Positions 1 to 13,030 of a stretch of DNA of 64,000 nucleotides are shown here, in pieces. Source of the DNA: Bugula neritina (Eukaryota; Animalia; Bryozoa); the NCBI GenBank assembly GCA_964035545.1, contig OZ037769.1:3038001-3102000 (forward strand), read 5' to 3'. The position numbers were made by a program, and so were the translations under genes. A model generated the notes under the pieces. It did no database searches, was not told the origin of the DNA, and saw only the letters and a list, made by a program, of their open reading frames with translations. Each line of letters starts with the position of its first letter. The stretch's first letter is position 1.

Positions 1-48
1 ATAAAACACTGGTAATAGTAGGCGTAATGAGTGTTTCACATTTTGTAG

Positions 49-200
49 GGAAACAAGTGAAGAGGTTTAAGCATGACAACATTGTTAGTGCAGGTATTGA
101 GTATATCTGTGGCTTCTTCATTAGTGACGATCACTTATGGGGAGCAGCCTGTGGCAAGGGTGTTGTACGAGTTGACATGATAATCTCAAAGGATGGTTAA
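49..200 (+). CDS. Terminal exon of a beta-propeller (NHL-like) protein gene; paralog of the gene at 5485-8960; remainder lies upstream of the window
   Basis: After acceptor ttttgtag, reads (G)KQVKRFKHDNIVSAGIEYICGFFISDDHLWGAACGKGVVRVDMIISKDG*. It aligns without gaps to the exon at 5485-5636 (GKQTKSFSHPELLKTGVDFITGFSMSEGELWLAAYSKGVMRIEMNVAPAK*). Both exons are 152 nt and phase 1. Confidence 0.8.
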
Positions 201-858
201 CTCAGCTATGAGAGTTGGATGCTAAATAAATTTGACATGCGAACAGATTTGTTGCTTCAATTTAAATACCATAAATTGATTTAATTTAATTGGAGTTATT
301 ATAAATATTTTCTTAGTGTATCAGAGAATGACATATTTACCAAAATGAATATAATATGTTTTCAATTCTTGTGCTCCTAATAATTCATATGTGTGTTGTA
401 TCTACTTAAGTTTTTTAAAATGTTGAGTATTTTTATGATAGCTGCTAGAATAAATTAGTTTTCTACAAGCTAGATTTACATAATATAGATATGCTGGTAT
501 GTCTTGAGTAGAAGTGATTACAAGTTTATATGTAAAAACTTCAAATTCTACAAAAAAAATCCATTAGAAAATATTATGATTTCGTTAACCAGGTAATGTC
601 ATAATCAATAGTTTTATGTAAAGTCTACATTTTATGTGATATTGTTCATGCATGTATAATTATAGCTCATTTTAGCTCACGTATACTTCAGCTAATGTAT
701 TATCATAACTCTTATATGAGCTGCCAGGTGGCTTCAAGTCACACTTATTAAATATGATTTAATGGAAACATTAGTTTCTTTCATATCAAGAAGGTGTTGG
801 CCATGGCGCTTTGTTTTGTGTTGTCAAGGAGACAAACACTAAAATACTTGCTGCACAC

Positions 859-860
<2 letters not shown>

Positions 861-930
<70 letters not shown>
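861..930. repeat. (AT)n microsatellite, left flank of the Penelope element
   Basis: About 35 perfect AT units. Confidence 0.98.
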
Positions 931-936
<6 letters not shown>

Positions 937-980
937 GTATACGAGAAACATTGTTGTTTTTTTACTTTATTAGGTAAAGT

Positions 981-1030
981 AATTACACTGATATTTCGGG
1001 TACCACTGTACCCATCTTCAGAGTAGCAAT
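981..1030 (-). ncRNA. Minimal type I hammerhead ribozyme motif (inverted pLTR copy)
   Basis: Reverse complement of ACT-CTGAAGA-T-GGGTAC-agtg-GTACCC-GAAA-TA-TC-AGT. Confidence 0.8.
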
Positions 1031-1543
1031 GAATGAAATTCAAAAATTATTATGTTACGTTAGACATTATGCATGACACAAAGAATAGAGAGTGACAGTT
1101 ATTGTAAATTATTGAAACTTAAAGGAGATAATCTTATTTTATATATTACGCAGGTCAAAAATTATACTGATTTTTTTTGCATAAAAAATAAATTAGAGTT
1201 GACAAAAAATAGATATCCAAATATAAAAACAGCAAGAATTAGTGAAACTATGTGAGAGTTGAGTATAGTGTGGAGCTATTGATATAGTTTTAGTGGTATG
1301 GAGTAATTTTGTTTATTGAGTTGCGGTTTTATTTGTTTAATGTCTTGCTGATAATCTATGTTTTAGGCCGTCTGTTTATTCTCAGAATTAAGTTGCTATA
1401 TGTAACATGTAGCGCAAGGGTAACAACTTTGACCCTTAAGAACTACCTACCTGTTCTGTATCGCCATTGCATGACACAAGCGTTACATGTTAACTGTGTC
1501 ATGCATAACGTCTAACGTAACATAATAATTTTTGAATTTCATT

Positions 1544-1594
1544 AATTGCTACTCTGAAGATGGGTACAGTGGTACCCGAAATATCAGTGTAATT
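1544..1594 (+). ncRNA. Minimal type I hammerhead ribozyme motif (5' pLTR)
   Basis: Core CUGAnGA and GAAA. Stem II is GGGUAC/GUACCC. Stem III is vestigial and palindromic (AUAU) with a UC cleavage site. Stem I is AAUUGC-u-ACU/AGU-GUAAUU. Confidence 0.82.
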
Positions 1595-1623
1595 ACTTTA
1601 CCTAATAAAGTAAAAAAACAACA

Positions 1624-4055
1624 ATGTTTCTCGTATACCTATTTATAATCAAATTACTAGCTCGTAAAGATATATTTAAATTAATCGAAGAGAAACACGG
1701 GCGACAAATGAGATTATCAGCAAGACGTTACGAATCACTCAAGATTAAATCAACAAAGATCAAAGCTGACATAAAGTATATTCTAATTTGCAAAAGAGAA
1801 TCTTTATCTCCTACATTTTCTCAAGTGAAATTGTCTATTCCTGGTAAGAACTACAAATTAAAAGCTAAAATTTCGAAACTAATTATGGAACAAGAATTAA
1901 AGAACAAACACTACCAGAAAAAGAAGGTACAACAATCTATCACTGAAGTCAAGCAATATCTTCAAAAGAAATTAAGTTTACTTTTTTATCTAGTCCTTAT
2001 AAGTAGAATAACCTCTCGTATTTCAAAAGAACGCAAATTTATTCATTGCAAACATGACCGAAAAATTAAACAACTTCGAAACTGCATTCAAGACCCTAAA
2101 GCTCAAGAATTAGACACTATGAAAAGCCTACACAATTTCTCTTCAGTTCAACTTACAAATCAACAACAACAAGCTATTGCCAGAGGATTAGATGTACACA
2201 TTCCTACAAAAACCAACAATATTCATATTAAATCACAACTCGAATCTTTCTACCAACAAATTTCCTCAAATCAACATCAAGTATCTGAAGATAAGCTTGA
2301 AGTAATTAAAGGTAAACTCTTAGACACGTACTCCAAATTTATAAAGATTAAGATGCCAAAATATTTTGATGATGCTCTAAAGAAATTGAAAAATAATAAG
2401 GATATCTCATTAATTAAACAAGACAAAGGAAAAGGTACTGTTGTTATGAATAAGAAGGATTACATCAACAAATGTTTAGAAATACTAAATACACCAAAAT
2501 TTTCAATATGTTCCACAGATCCAACAAAAACTATTGAAAATCGAATACAATTAGAAGTACGTAGTATCAAAAAACATTTTTCTGACACCGACTATAAAAG
2601 GATATATCCAACAGGTTCAGCACCTGGGAAATTTTACGGGATGGCCAAAATACACAAACTCAAACAAGGAGATGGTATAGAGAAGCTACAAATGCGACCA
2701 ATAATTTCTAACATAGGCACTGCATCATACCAACTTGCGAAATACCTGGCCAAAATGCTAAAACCACTTAGTGAATCTGAAAGTAATATCGAATCAACCG
2801 ATAGTTTTCTTACATATATACGGCAACTTCATATTCCAGCAAACCATCAACTGATATATCATTTGATGTTGTTTCCCTCTTTACTTCTGTACCACTTGAC
2901 TACACGATTTCAGCAATCATAAATGATATTTATGAGAAACAACAAATCCAAACAACTATACCAAAGAAGAAAATGATAAACTTACTCAACCTTTGTACAA
3001 AACAAGTTCGCTTTACTTTCAACGACATCATTTATACACAGACGGATGGTGTTGCTATGGGATCTCCTCTAGGACCAATAATTGCGAATATATTCATGAC
3101 AAAACTAGAACAGAAAGTAATACCAAAGTTGAATTCAATGTCACCTTGGGTGAGATACATAGATGACACATTTGCAACAATAGACCCTGAATATATTAAC
3201 ACAACACTCAACACACTTAATAATTTTCATCCTAACATAAAATTTACTCACGAACTAGAAACCAATAAATCACTTTCTTTTCTGGATGTTACTGTTTTGC
3301 TACACAATAGCTCAGTGGAAACCACAGTATTCCGCAAACCAACACATAACGATACATACTTACATTGAAACTCTTTCTCACTAAAAACGTGGAAGCTAAG
3401 CACACTCAAGTCACTAGTATTAAGGGCTAATAAAATCTGTTCTACTCCAGCACTTAAGACCCAAGAACTAAACTATATTCGAAATGTTTTTGAACATAAA
3501 AATGGTTACCCTAAATATGTAATAGAGAAAACTATTAACAACATTGGTGACGGACTACTCAGTGAAAAAGACAACAGGAAACACATTTTACTTCAGCTGC
3601 CATATAAAGGAGTAACAGGAGAAAAACTAATCCGCTCCCTCAATAAATTAATTACAGACTCTTTTTCAAATGAACTCAATGCACGTATTTTATTTAAAGG
3701 AACCCCCTTAAGTTCACATTTTAATCTCAAAGATAAAACCAATAAAGAACACATTCACAACCTAGTCTACAAAATAACCTGCCCTGAAGCTACCTGCCAA
3801 CAAACATATGTAGGCGAAACCGGACGTCGCCTATCACACAGGATACATGAACACTGCAATGACATCAATTCCAAAATTTATCAACACATCTCTACCACCA
3901 ATCATGGAAACATATCAATAGACAATGTAACAGTTTTAAATCATTCATTTAAAGGAATCCACCATCGAAAAGTAGCCGAAGCTCTCTACATTAAACAAAT
4001 AAAACCGCAACTCAATAAACAAAATTACTCCATACCACTAAAACTATATCAATAG
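1624..4055 (+). pseudogene. PLE reverse transcriptase/GIY-YIG endonuclease ORF, disrupted
   Basis: Motifs DKG, KIHK..RPIIS, SFDVVSLFT (restored by removing a 2-bp AT slippage at about 2855), GVAMGSPLG, RYIDD, FLDV, and after an in-frame TGA at 3366-3368 (probably from TGG) LVYKITCPEATCQQTYVGETGR..RIHEH..EALYI..PQLN. Ends at TAG 4053-4055. Confidence 0.92.
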
Positions 4056-4301
4056 CTCCACACTATACTCAACTCTCACATAGTTTCACTAATTCTTGCT
4101 GTTTTTATATTTGGATATCTATTTTTTTGTCAACTCTAATTTATTTTTTATGCAAAAAAAATCAGTATAATTTTTGACCTGCGTAATATATAAAATAAGA
4201 TTATCTCCTTTAAGTTTCAATAATTTACAATAACTGTCACTCTCTATTCTTTGTGTCATGCATAATGTCTAACGTAACATAATAATTTTTGAATTTCATT
4301 C

Positions 4302-4351
4302 ATTGCTACTCTGAAGATGGGTACAGTGGTACCCGAAATATCAGTGTAATT
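4302..4351 (+). ncRNA. Minimal type I hammerhead ribozyme motif (3' pLTR)
   Basis: Same core as 1544-1594. Confidence 0.82.
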
Positions 4352-4433
4352 ACTTTACCTAATAAAGTAAAAAAACAACAATGTTTCTCGTATACCTATT
4401 TATAATCAAATTACTAGCTCGTAAAGATATATT

Positions 4434-4546
<113 letters not shown>

Positions 4547-4565
4547 GTCATTTTATATATATATA

Positions 4566-4766
4566 CCAGGGCACAATGGGCCGTTTCTTTCATCATGAAA
4601 ATTTCATTATTCTGAAAGTTGTGAATGAGATAGAAACAACCAACTGATACCTATAATAGACAACTGGTGTAGCATTTAGACTAAACATTATTGAACTAGT
4701 AACTTTAAAAACAGACGAATGAGAGCAAAAAACTCAAAATTTGGCCCGTTGTGCCCTCGTTACCCC
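4566..4766. mobile_element. About 200-bp MITE-like element with terminal inverted repeats
   Basis: AGGGCACAATGGGCC at the left and GGCCCGTTGTGCCCT at the right (14/15 inverted match). The right end continues cgttacccc|ta; the left end is obscured by a TA run. Non-coding interior. Confidence 0.6.
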
Positions 4767-5484
4767 TATATATCAAACTTTTGATCTCAAGCAATTACAA
4801 CTCAATAGTATAAGTGTGTGCATGGGCCAACTAGTAAATAAATTGAGGTTGTATGCTCAATTAGAAAGCATAGCAATCATGTTTATTAGCATTGTGAGAT
4901 AATTCAAATAAGAACAATAATTTTAACCGTACTTTTCAGTTAATTTTAATTCGGTGCTGCCTGGGCATAACTTATAGCACTCATAAATAACTACATACAT
5001 TAGAAAACAAGCAAAGATTATGTTGTATACAACACATCAGTCAAAACATTAAAAATAATATAACAGTTTATGGTGATCAGTACAATATGCTGTATAAGAA
5101 TGCAAAATCCTGAAAAAGACAGGTACAATTACATCACTTAATGTAATATTCTAAAACTCGATAAGGTAAAATAGAGTACACGCCAGCATCAAAATATTTT
5201 TTGAAAGTAAGAATTTTTAGTCAAACTACTAAATTTTCTGTAGTGATTACATTATGCTTATATATTTTCTGACTTAATCTTGTACTACTTACAACACTAA
5301 TGAAAATTTTGCACACTATTTTTTCAAACAAGGTAGGTAGCAACTGTTAAAAATATCAAAGAAACAAAATCTAGGACATCATAAATTGTAGCTTGAGAAA
5401 TTTCCACAGACTCCGTTATAAACCACAAGACTGAATTATACTTGTTTTATTAAATGTTGTGGTAGCTGTGTTCGTGAATTCTTC

Positions 5485-8400
5485 TTATTTTGCAGGAGCC
5501 ACATTCATTTCTATTCTCATAACCCCTTTGCTGTATGCAGCCAACCATAACTCTCCTTCTGACATAGAGAATCCTGTTATGAAATCCACTCCTGTTTTCA
5601 GCAGCTCTGGGTGTGAGAAGCTTTTTGTCTGTTTACCTAAAATAAGACAATTCTACAAATAAAGGAAATTTCAATCATCTTTCTATATCCAAGTTCGACT
5701 TTAATAATTACAGCTATAGCTATAAGGTGCTCTAGGCTACAGTTAGCAATGCAGGAGTACATTACATACAAGAACCATTAACAGCTAACAGAATATTGCA
5801 AGCATATTTGTGTAATTACTGGCAGTATACTGCATGCATGTACATGTAAATACATGCAGTATAATGTCAGCCAAATCCTGACATTTGGTCATCTCTTACC
5901 GTCAGAAGATCGAAGCACCAGCTCTTTGGATTTTCTTGCCCACACCCATATGTTGCCGAGTTTGTCACAGAAGACTCCGCGTGGCTCATTAACCTTGAAC
6001 TCCCAGGCCAACTGGTCGTTAATGCAGTTAATCTTGTGAACCAGTCCGGTCTGCCAGTCTGTTACCAGGACGCCATCTGGTGGGCAGCTACTCATGTAAA
6101 TTGGGTCAATGAAGCCCGAGTGACAAAAATCGCTTATTGGTTTCCCGGTCAGTGAATAGACCTTCACCTTTTTAGCATCGCAGTCAACAACGTAAACCTT
6201 GTCATTGTTAACCGCAAGCATGCTGATGTATCCAAAGTCTGGCAGACCCCAGGAAGCCGACTCAGTGTAGTTTGGCATATCAAAAACCATGACTTTGCGC
6301 TTTTTACTATCTTTCGTATAGTCTTTGGCCAATGTATAGATTTTGCTTTTATAATATTGAACGGTTGTAATAGAAAACCCGTTAACTTTTACTGATCTTA
6401 AAATTTTTCCATTCTTATCACAAATGTCAAATCCATCTTTTTTCCCAATAAGTATCTGGCCGGATGGAATGACATCTAAATCATAGCATTTCTTGTCTGA
6501 GATAACTTCACATTTCTCACCAAGTGTGATCCGGTCCAGGTCCGTAACAGCAAACACATATCCATCTGCATTATAACAAATAACATGCAATAGCTATTGA
6601 AAACCTGTCTCAGCTGCCCATTAATTAACCTGTTGTGTGTGGGTTTGGATTATCTCTACTGCCATCACACACAAAATATATTGAAAGTGAAAGTTTCATT
6701 ATAGCAAGAATGCCTTTAGTGTTTTATTTCATTGTTTAAGTCAATTTTGTTTTACAGAAAACAGGCTGTGAGCGTCTCCCAGTCACGTTAAAACAACAGA
6801 GATGTGGAGTGAACAGCAGATTATACAGTCAACAGAATAACGGTTTACAGTTTTGTCAAATGTAAGAAAATTTTGTAAGAAATACTAAGTATTAATTTTT
6901 TATTTATTTACTCAGTCATGCTTTCACAATAAAATAACTAGCTGAGCATAGCAGCTAATTTATAATTCTAAACATGCTAATATCTTGCTGATAAATTTAA
7001 CAACCCTTTTCTATTCAAGTACCAATACTTGTGAAACTTTTCATTCAATTACTGTTATTATAGCTTATTCTCGCAAAGGTTTTTTTACATAGCAATATAA
7101 AAATATGTTATATTATGTAAACATTTTATAATAAGATATATGCAGTAACGTATTGTATATGCATAATCTAGTATATTGCTGATATAAAACTTCTTATATG
7201 CACATATATAATATAAATATATAACATATTACATGCATATAATATATTACAGATATCAAATATAATGTAGTTTTATAATATATCACAAATATATAATAAT
7301 TATAATATAATATAGTGTAGTTATATCATCTAATATAATATGTTACAGATATATAATATACTATAGTTGCATATTATAGTATATTTATAACACATAATAT
7401 ATTATAAATATATAATATATTTGTATTATAGAGTACAGAAGTGTAATATAATACAATATAGTTGCATAATATATTACGCATATATATAACATAAAATAGT
7501 TGTATATTATAACATATTTATAGCATATAGTATAATAGAAATATATAATATAGTTGTATTATAGATTATAGATGTGTAATATGATATAATATAATTGCAT
7601 AATAGATTAAATATATAATATAAAATAGTTATATATTATAATATACATATTTGTAGCATATAACATAATATATTATAAATATATAATATAATATAGTTGT
7701 ATTATAGATTCCATTAACTGCAGCCACTTACCAAAATCAATTTTCTCAAACACCGTTATGAACTCCTGTTGACTCATAGACTTTATATCAACAGACTGGA
7801 AAGCTTTAGCTTCATTCAGCTGCTTGCTGATGTCCTGAAGCAGCTGCTGCTTTCTTGCTAAGTCAGCAGAGATCTTGATAATCTCAGGTGAGACAAGTTG
7901 CTCTGGAGTAGCACCTGACACTCTCTTAATGTCAGACGCCAGCTCTTCCTGCAGCTTCTTTTGCTGATCACATAACAACATACGCATCACGATGCTGTAT
8001 ACATTTCAAGCAGAGGCTTTTTTAATTTAAGTTTGATTGTTGTAAAAAATATCCGCTGGTGGTATGTTTTGCTGCCGCATATATGCAAGCCCTGATGTGA
8101 TCAAATATTTCTAATTTCATTTCACTGAATTTACAGTTATACTGTAAACTATAAAAAATCTAACACATACAGCAATGTTGACATATTCATTGCAAAGACA
8201 CCTTGAAAAAGTAACAACAAGTAACATATACCTGCTGAGTGAGCCCATCGACGGCGGAGGTTTTGCCGTCTAAGTATTCCTTGTACTTATTAGTACACAG
8301 CTTGTACATCTCTTCAAAGTCTTCAGAGTGATGTTGAGCTTCATCTCCACATGGCTTTTTAGAGCATCTAAAAAAACGAAAATATTTATATATGTAAGTT

Positions 8401-8960
8401 TATAATAAAATATTTAATCTGGACGTTCGATTTATAACATAACTGATGGAAAACACGTGGATATTGTGTATTAGAATCTATACAGCTATCGTGAATTTAC
8501 TTTATTTGACAAAAATTTTAACCTCTTTAAGTTTCATCATAATATATATAGTTCACCTTGTGCAGATAAATTTTCTACAATATCGGCAATACCAGTCAAT
8601 GGATCTGTTACACCCATCTGTTTGACAATCATCACCTACAACAGGCTAAACTGTATGTCTCACTTGACACAGTCATACAAAATTAATCTATATAAGCCTA
8701 CAATATATTTATGAGTATTAATATGTTATCTATATGAGTATTAATATACATAGACCTACAATATATCATAATTCATACACATCGAATGCTGAGTTTAGAC
8801 TAAAAACATTGAAATACTCACTGCTGCTACTGCCGCCTTTTGCTTTATTAGTTGTCATTTTGCTGAGCGCTTCAGTCAGACTTGAAACTTGTCTTTTTAA
8901 CTGACCCATTTGTTCAGAATTCTTCTGCTCAATCTCCTCCCATTCTTCAGCCACACCCAT
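5485..8960 (-). CDS. RING-less TRIM-like protein: B-box-like Zn finger, coiled coil, NHL-like beta-propeller (6 exons)
   Basis: Phase-compatible GT-AG exons about 8822-8960 (MGVAEEWEE..), 8557-8635 (DDCQTDGCNRSIDWYCRYCRKFICTR), 8232-8366 (CSKKPCGDEAQHH..), 7732-7965 (coiled coil), 5900-6565 (propeller repeats VYVVD, VLVTD, PRGVFCD..GNIWV) and 5485-5636. Confidence 0.75.
7100..7710. repeat. Degenerate AT-rich intronic tandem repeat (period about 130-140 bp)
   Basis: Recurring blocks atagttg.atattat / ttgtattataga / gtgtaatat. Confidence 0.6.
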
Positions 8961-11211
8961 CTTGTCAGTTTATGGATTTCTTTAAATATAGCATATCTAT
9001 ATTTAGATTTATGCCTACAAACCAGTTTTTAGCACTTTTTCTCTCTCCCCATACCCTCCCCCTCCCCCTCTAAGCAAATCATACACAATAGTTTGTCCAA
9101 AAAAACCACTAGAAGAATGTTGAGCTCGTGACATGTAAGTGTGAATACATACTTCCTGGCAATAGTCACTTTAATTTTCGGGCCCAAAAATTTTCTGAAT
9201 TTAATTTGGCAATATTTTACTATTCTTGCAATGAAAAGTGAAAGTTGTCTCCTACAGCCTTTTACAAGCAGTGATAATTATATCAAAAGTATTTCAAATT
9301 CAAGTTTAAACTAAGGCATTATATGTAAACAAGTTTCATAAACAAAGCTAAGTAAGGGTCTTTGTGAATAAGCATTCAAATCTATTCCCACCGGAATAAC
9401 GGGCTGTAATTTTCACAATGAGGTGTAGCAATTGCAGGTTCTCATTGACTGAATTCTAATAATAGCCGACATCACTGCCATAAGTTCATCTACATTAATG
9501 TTTTACAAAAGAATTTTGCTCCATTTCAACTACATGCTATGCATGTATGTTGGAAAATTCCTATGATTTTATGAAGGGCCAACCAGTGGAATAAAATGAT
9601 ATTCCAAGGCTATACTTTGGATCTTGGCTAAAGTTGAAACAAATAGCCTGATGTCCAACTCTAATAACTAGCTACCCTGTTGCAAGAGTTTACACCTTAT
9701 ATTCTAAAGCACTTCAGAGCACGAGCTGTATAGAGCCTTCCATATTAAACTTTCCTTGGCAGTTTTTACAACTCTGTTTAAGGCATTCCCAGCATATTTA
9801 ACAGAATACACTATGATAGAATTATGGAGATTGTAGATGGTTAAGAGCAAATGAGAAGGTCGTAGAATTATTATTGTTTCATTAGTGTCATAGTTTCTAG
9901 GCAACACTACCTAAGGCAGTAAGCTGTATAGATCAATAAAGTCTTTCAATGCCTGAACTTTGTCTTGGGTAGCCCATTAAAATACCCGCCTATATAATAC
10001 CAATATTGCAGCTCAAAAGTGCTCCACTTAAGGTTGGGGTTTTCACAGAAATATATAGGCATCCATTAGCTGACGCAGCAAATTATAGTGGTTCAAATTA
10101 AAAGTCAGGAAAGTCAGTATAATGAGTAGGATAGGCATAGTGGAAAGAAACTGAAGCTATGAAACATTAATTTTAAGGTTGAAAAATAATCACCTAATAA
10201 ATGTGCACAAAAATATATAACTATTATAATGAGAATTGCTCGAAAATTTTAAAAGGAATCGGGATTATTTTCAAGCATTTTGTTGGCATTATTACTATTT
10301 GTGTCATTGTTTCAAATTATCGAAATTATTTTTCATTTTTATTAGCTACTCCATTATCGTTAACAGTACTCAATTTGATAACCAATAAGCTATACCCATC
10401 AATACTCATTACCAATACATCTACTGTTTTTTGCTTACTCTCACCATCCTTACTTCATATCACTATTATCACTATATATCAATAAGATTACGCTAGTGTA
10501 CGATGTCTAGTCAAATAAAAAACCTATACTTTTAACATAACAACAAAAAATTGCGTTCAAATTATCAAATTTTCAATATAAATGCATGTATTCTTATTTA
10601 ACAGACTGCAAAGGAAATGAAAATAACTAACAACAAACCAATTATAAGCCATTTTACTAATTCAAAACTGAAAAATTAGCAACTTGAAAAGTCATCAGTG
10701 CTATGGCTTGGCAATAGGCAGTTTCACTCAATGTTTTACAATGGAGTAAAAAAGGAGGGAATTAAATGATTTATCTGTTTAACATGGAAAGTTAATACAC
10801 GTATGGCCCATTCTTACAATATTGTTGTTTCCTATTTCTAGTACAACTAGTACACAAATTTATACAAAACTACAATTAGTTATGTTATTAGTAATTAAAT
10901 ATCCTAAAAGAGTAAATACAGCTTTATTTAGCTTTTAGACTAACCCTACGCTTAGCTCAAACTTAAGCTAACAGGAAACAGTGAAGTTTTCTACTAACTG
11001 AATAATATGTTGATTTAATTTAAATAATTTAGCCTAAACACCTCAATGTGCTTTCTTCATATGCTTCATAGGTCATAACTAAACCTAACAAGACAGGAGC
11101 TTGAGGTAGATATAGCAGCTGTTTTACTAGACCCACCTAAAGCCTCGTGGTAATGTATGCAAGTTTTTAGCAGAAAGTTTAATCCCATTCAGTCTGAGTC
11201 TCTACTTACAG

Positions 11212-11407
11212 GGAGCAGCTGTGGTTTAGATGTTAGGGCGTTAGCTTAGTAAACCTAAGGTCATATGGGTTTGACCCCCAGTAGAGACCATTTGGTGAAG
11301 AGCATCCAGTCATAATTTGGCTCCTGTGCCACATCCAAAAAAGTCTTTGAAAAAACTTTTTTATTAGGGGTTTCTCACAGGGATAGTGACTTTAAACTCG
11401 CTTGAGT
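11212..11407 (+). mobile_element. tRNA-derived SINE, family A
   Basis: Degenerate A box (TGGTTTAGATG) and B box (GGTTTGACCCC). Body gaagagcatccagtcataat..gctcctgtgcc..gggtttctcacagggatagtgact is shared with three other copies in the window. Confidence 0.8.
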
Positions 11408-12599
11408 TTTTTGAGTCTCTATACCTACAGCACAATGCCTCAATTTGAATTTCTCACTTAATAATGACAATCAGTCAGGTAACTTAATAAATATATTCAA
11501 ATTCTAGACCACTATCCAATTTATAAAAAAATACAATAAGTAATATACAAACATTTTTATCTCAAACTAAAATACCTTTCCAAACTAAGATATGTAAAAG
11601 CCTGTCTTTTTCCTGCGATGTACAAACGAATACAAGTTGACGGCAAGCAACTTGTGAGCAATTCTAGTTAGCCCCCAGCTTCCGGATTATAAGTCTGCGA
11701 ACCTGTCAAGTAATTTTACGGCGTGATTAGTGAATAGTATTTCTTCCACTGCAGTAATAGCGTCCTAGCGTACGGCAGGCTATGACTTTGTTTACCATCA
11801 CCATAGTGAAACCAATCAATGGCACGCTGTACGCTATTGGTAGTCATAAAAATAATGTTTTTATGCGTGGTCGACTCACTGAGCTGGAATAGACTTATTA
11901 TTGAGTTCATTGGGTCGACTAGTCAATTATTATTCTGTAAACTCGGCTATTGAGTTATTCAATGCGGTAGCAGATGGCATTGTAATGCATACGGCACAGC
12001 ATTGTGAAAGCAAGGAATTACGGAAAAGTGTAAATAATTAGAGTTGTCTTCACAGAATCACAGTCCTCTTGCTATAGGCTTAAAATACATTACAAAAAAT
12101 AGTTTGCGTAATATTTTCGAAGCAATTTTAAAATTATTGTTGTTACAAATTGTTGTATAAAACATTTAAATATTTTAAATTAATTTTTTTTTTAAATTGG
12201 CAGATAAACTTTATTTTAAGCTACAGCAACGAATCCGTTTTAGCCCTACCTAAGATTTTCTTAATCAATTTTGATCAGTGTGGTATATTAAATATACCAC
12301 ACTGATTTTGATTGGCTAGACAGAATTTGTGTGAAAAAATAATATGCAAATAGTTAACTTTTGAGTGAAAGTGATAATTCAAACTGAAATTCTACGAGAG
12401 ACTTGCTGTTTCAAACTATAAACTTGACTTTGAGTACCTAAAGCTGCAAATTTAGGTAGTTGTAGTGATAGCGTCAATGATATTTATATTGATAATGATA
12501 TATAATCTTATACTTATACTTAATCACTGTTAGTGAGTGTTACACTTATGACTTAATGTTTTACCTTAAACTTAAAGTTAATAGACATACTCATAATTA

Positions 12600-13030
12600 T
12601 ACTTATAGTAATACTAATAGTAATAGTAATAGTAATATTAATACTAATAGTATTACTATTAGTATTAGTATTACTGTTAGTAATACTAATAGTTATAGTA
12701 ATACTAATAGTAATAGCACATGTAATAGTAATACTAACACTAATAGTAATACTAATAGTAATAGTAAATGTAATAGAGTATAATACTAATAGTAATAGTA
12801 TTATCATTAATGATTAATGGTTATTAACATTGGATTTAGTGATTAGTCTAGTAATACTTATACTAGTAGTAGTACTAGTAGTAGTACTAGTAGTAGTACT
12901 AGTAGTAGTAGTACTAGTAGTAGTAGTACTAGTAGTAGTAGTACTAGTAGTAGTAGTAGTAGTAATACTAATACTAATACTAATAGGTAATAGTAATAGT
13001 AACATTAGTGTAACTGTAATAATTGTAATA
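12600..13030. repeat. (TAA/TAG/TAC)n compound microsatellite
   Basis: Long agtaat/agtagt/actagt runs; these explain the low-complexity ORFs here. Confidence 0.95.

Larger units (their letters stand above)
931..4433 (+). mobile_element. Penelope-like retroelement (PLE) with an inverted 5' copy of its 3' end and direct pLTRs
   Basis: RT plus GIY-YIG ORF at 1624-4055. Direct repeats at about 1495-1677 and 4252-4433, extending into the ORF start. 931-1343 is the reverse complement of about 3988-4400. Hammerhead motifs occur in all three repeats, and (TA)n lies on both sides. Confidence 0.93.

Noticed and set aside
6566-6665. In-frame ATG upstream of the propeller ORF, suggesting a stand-alone gene or pseudogene
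   Set aside because: Two in-frame stops intervene. A phase-compatible acceptor at 6566 links the exon to the upstream B-box exons instead.
9350-10100. Coding-like composition suggesting a decayed gene or TE (also about 15000-15420, 20100-20560 and 36720-37000)
   Set aside because: Frequent stops and no recognisable motif; would need a translated search.
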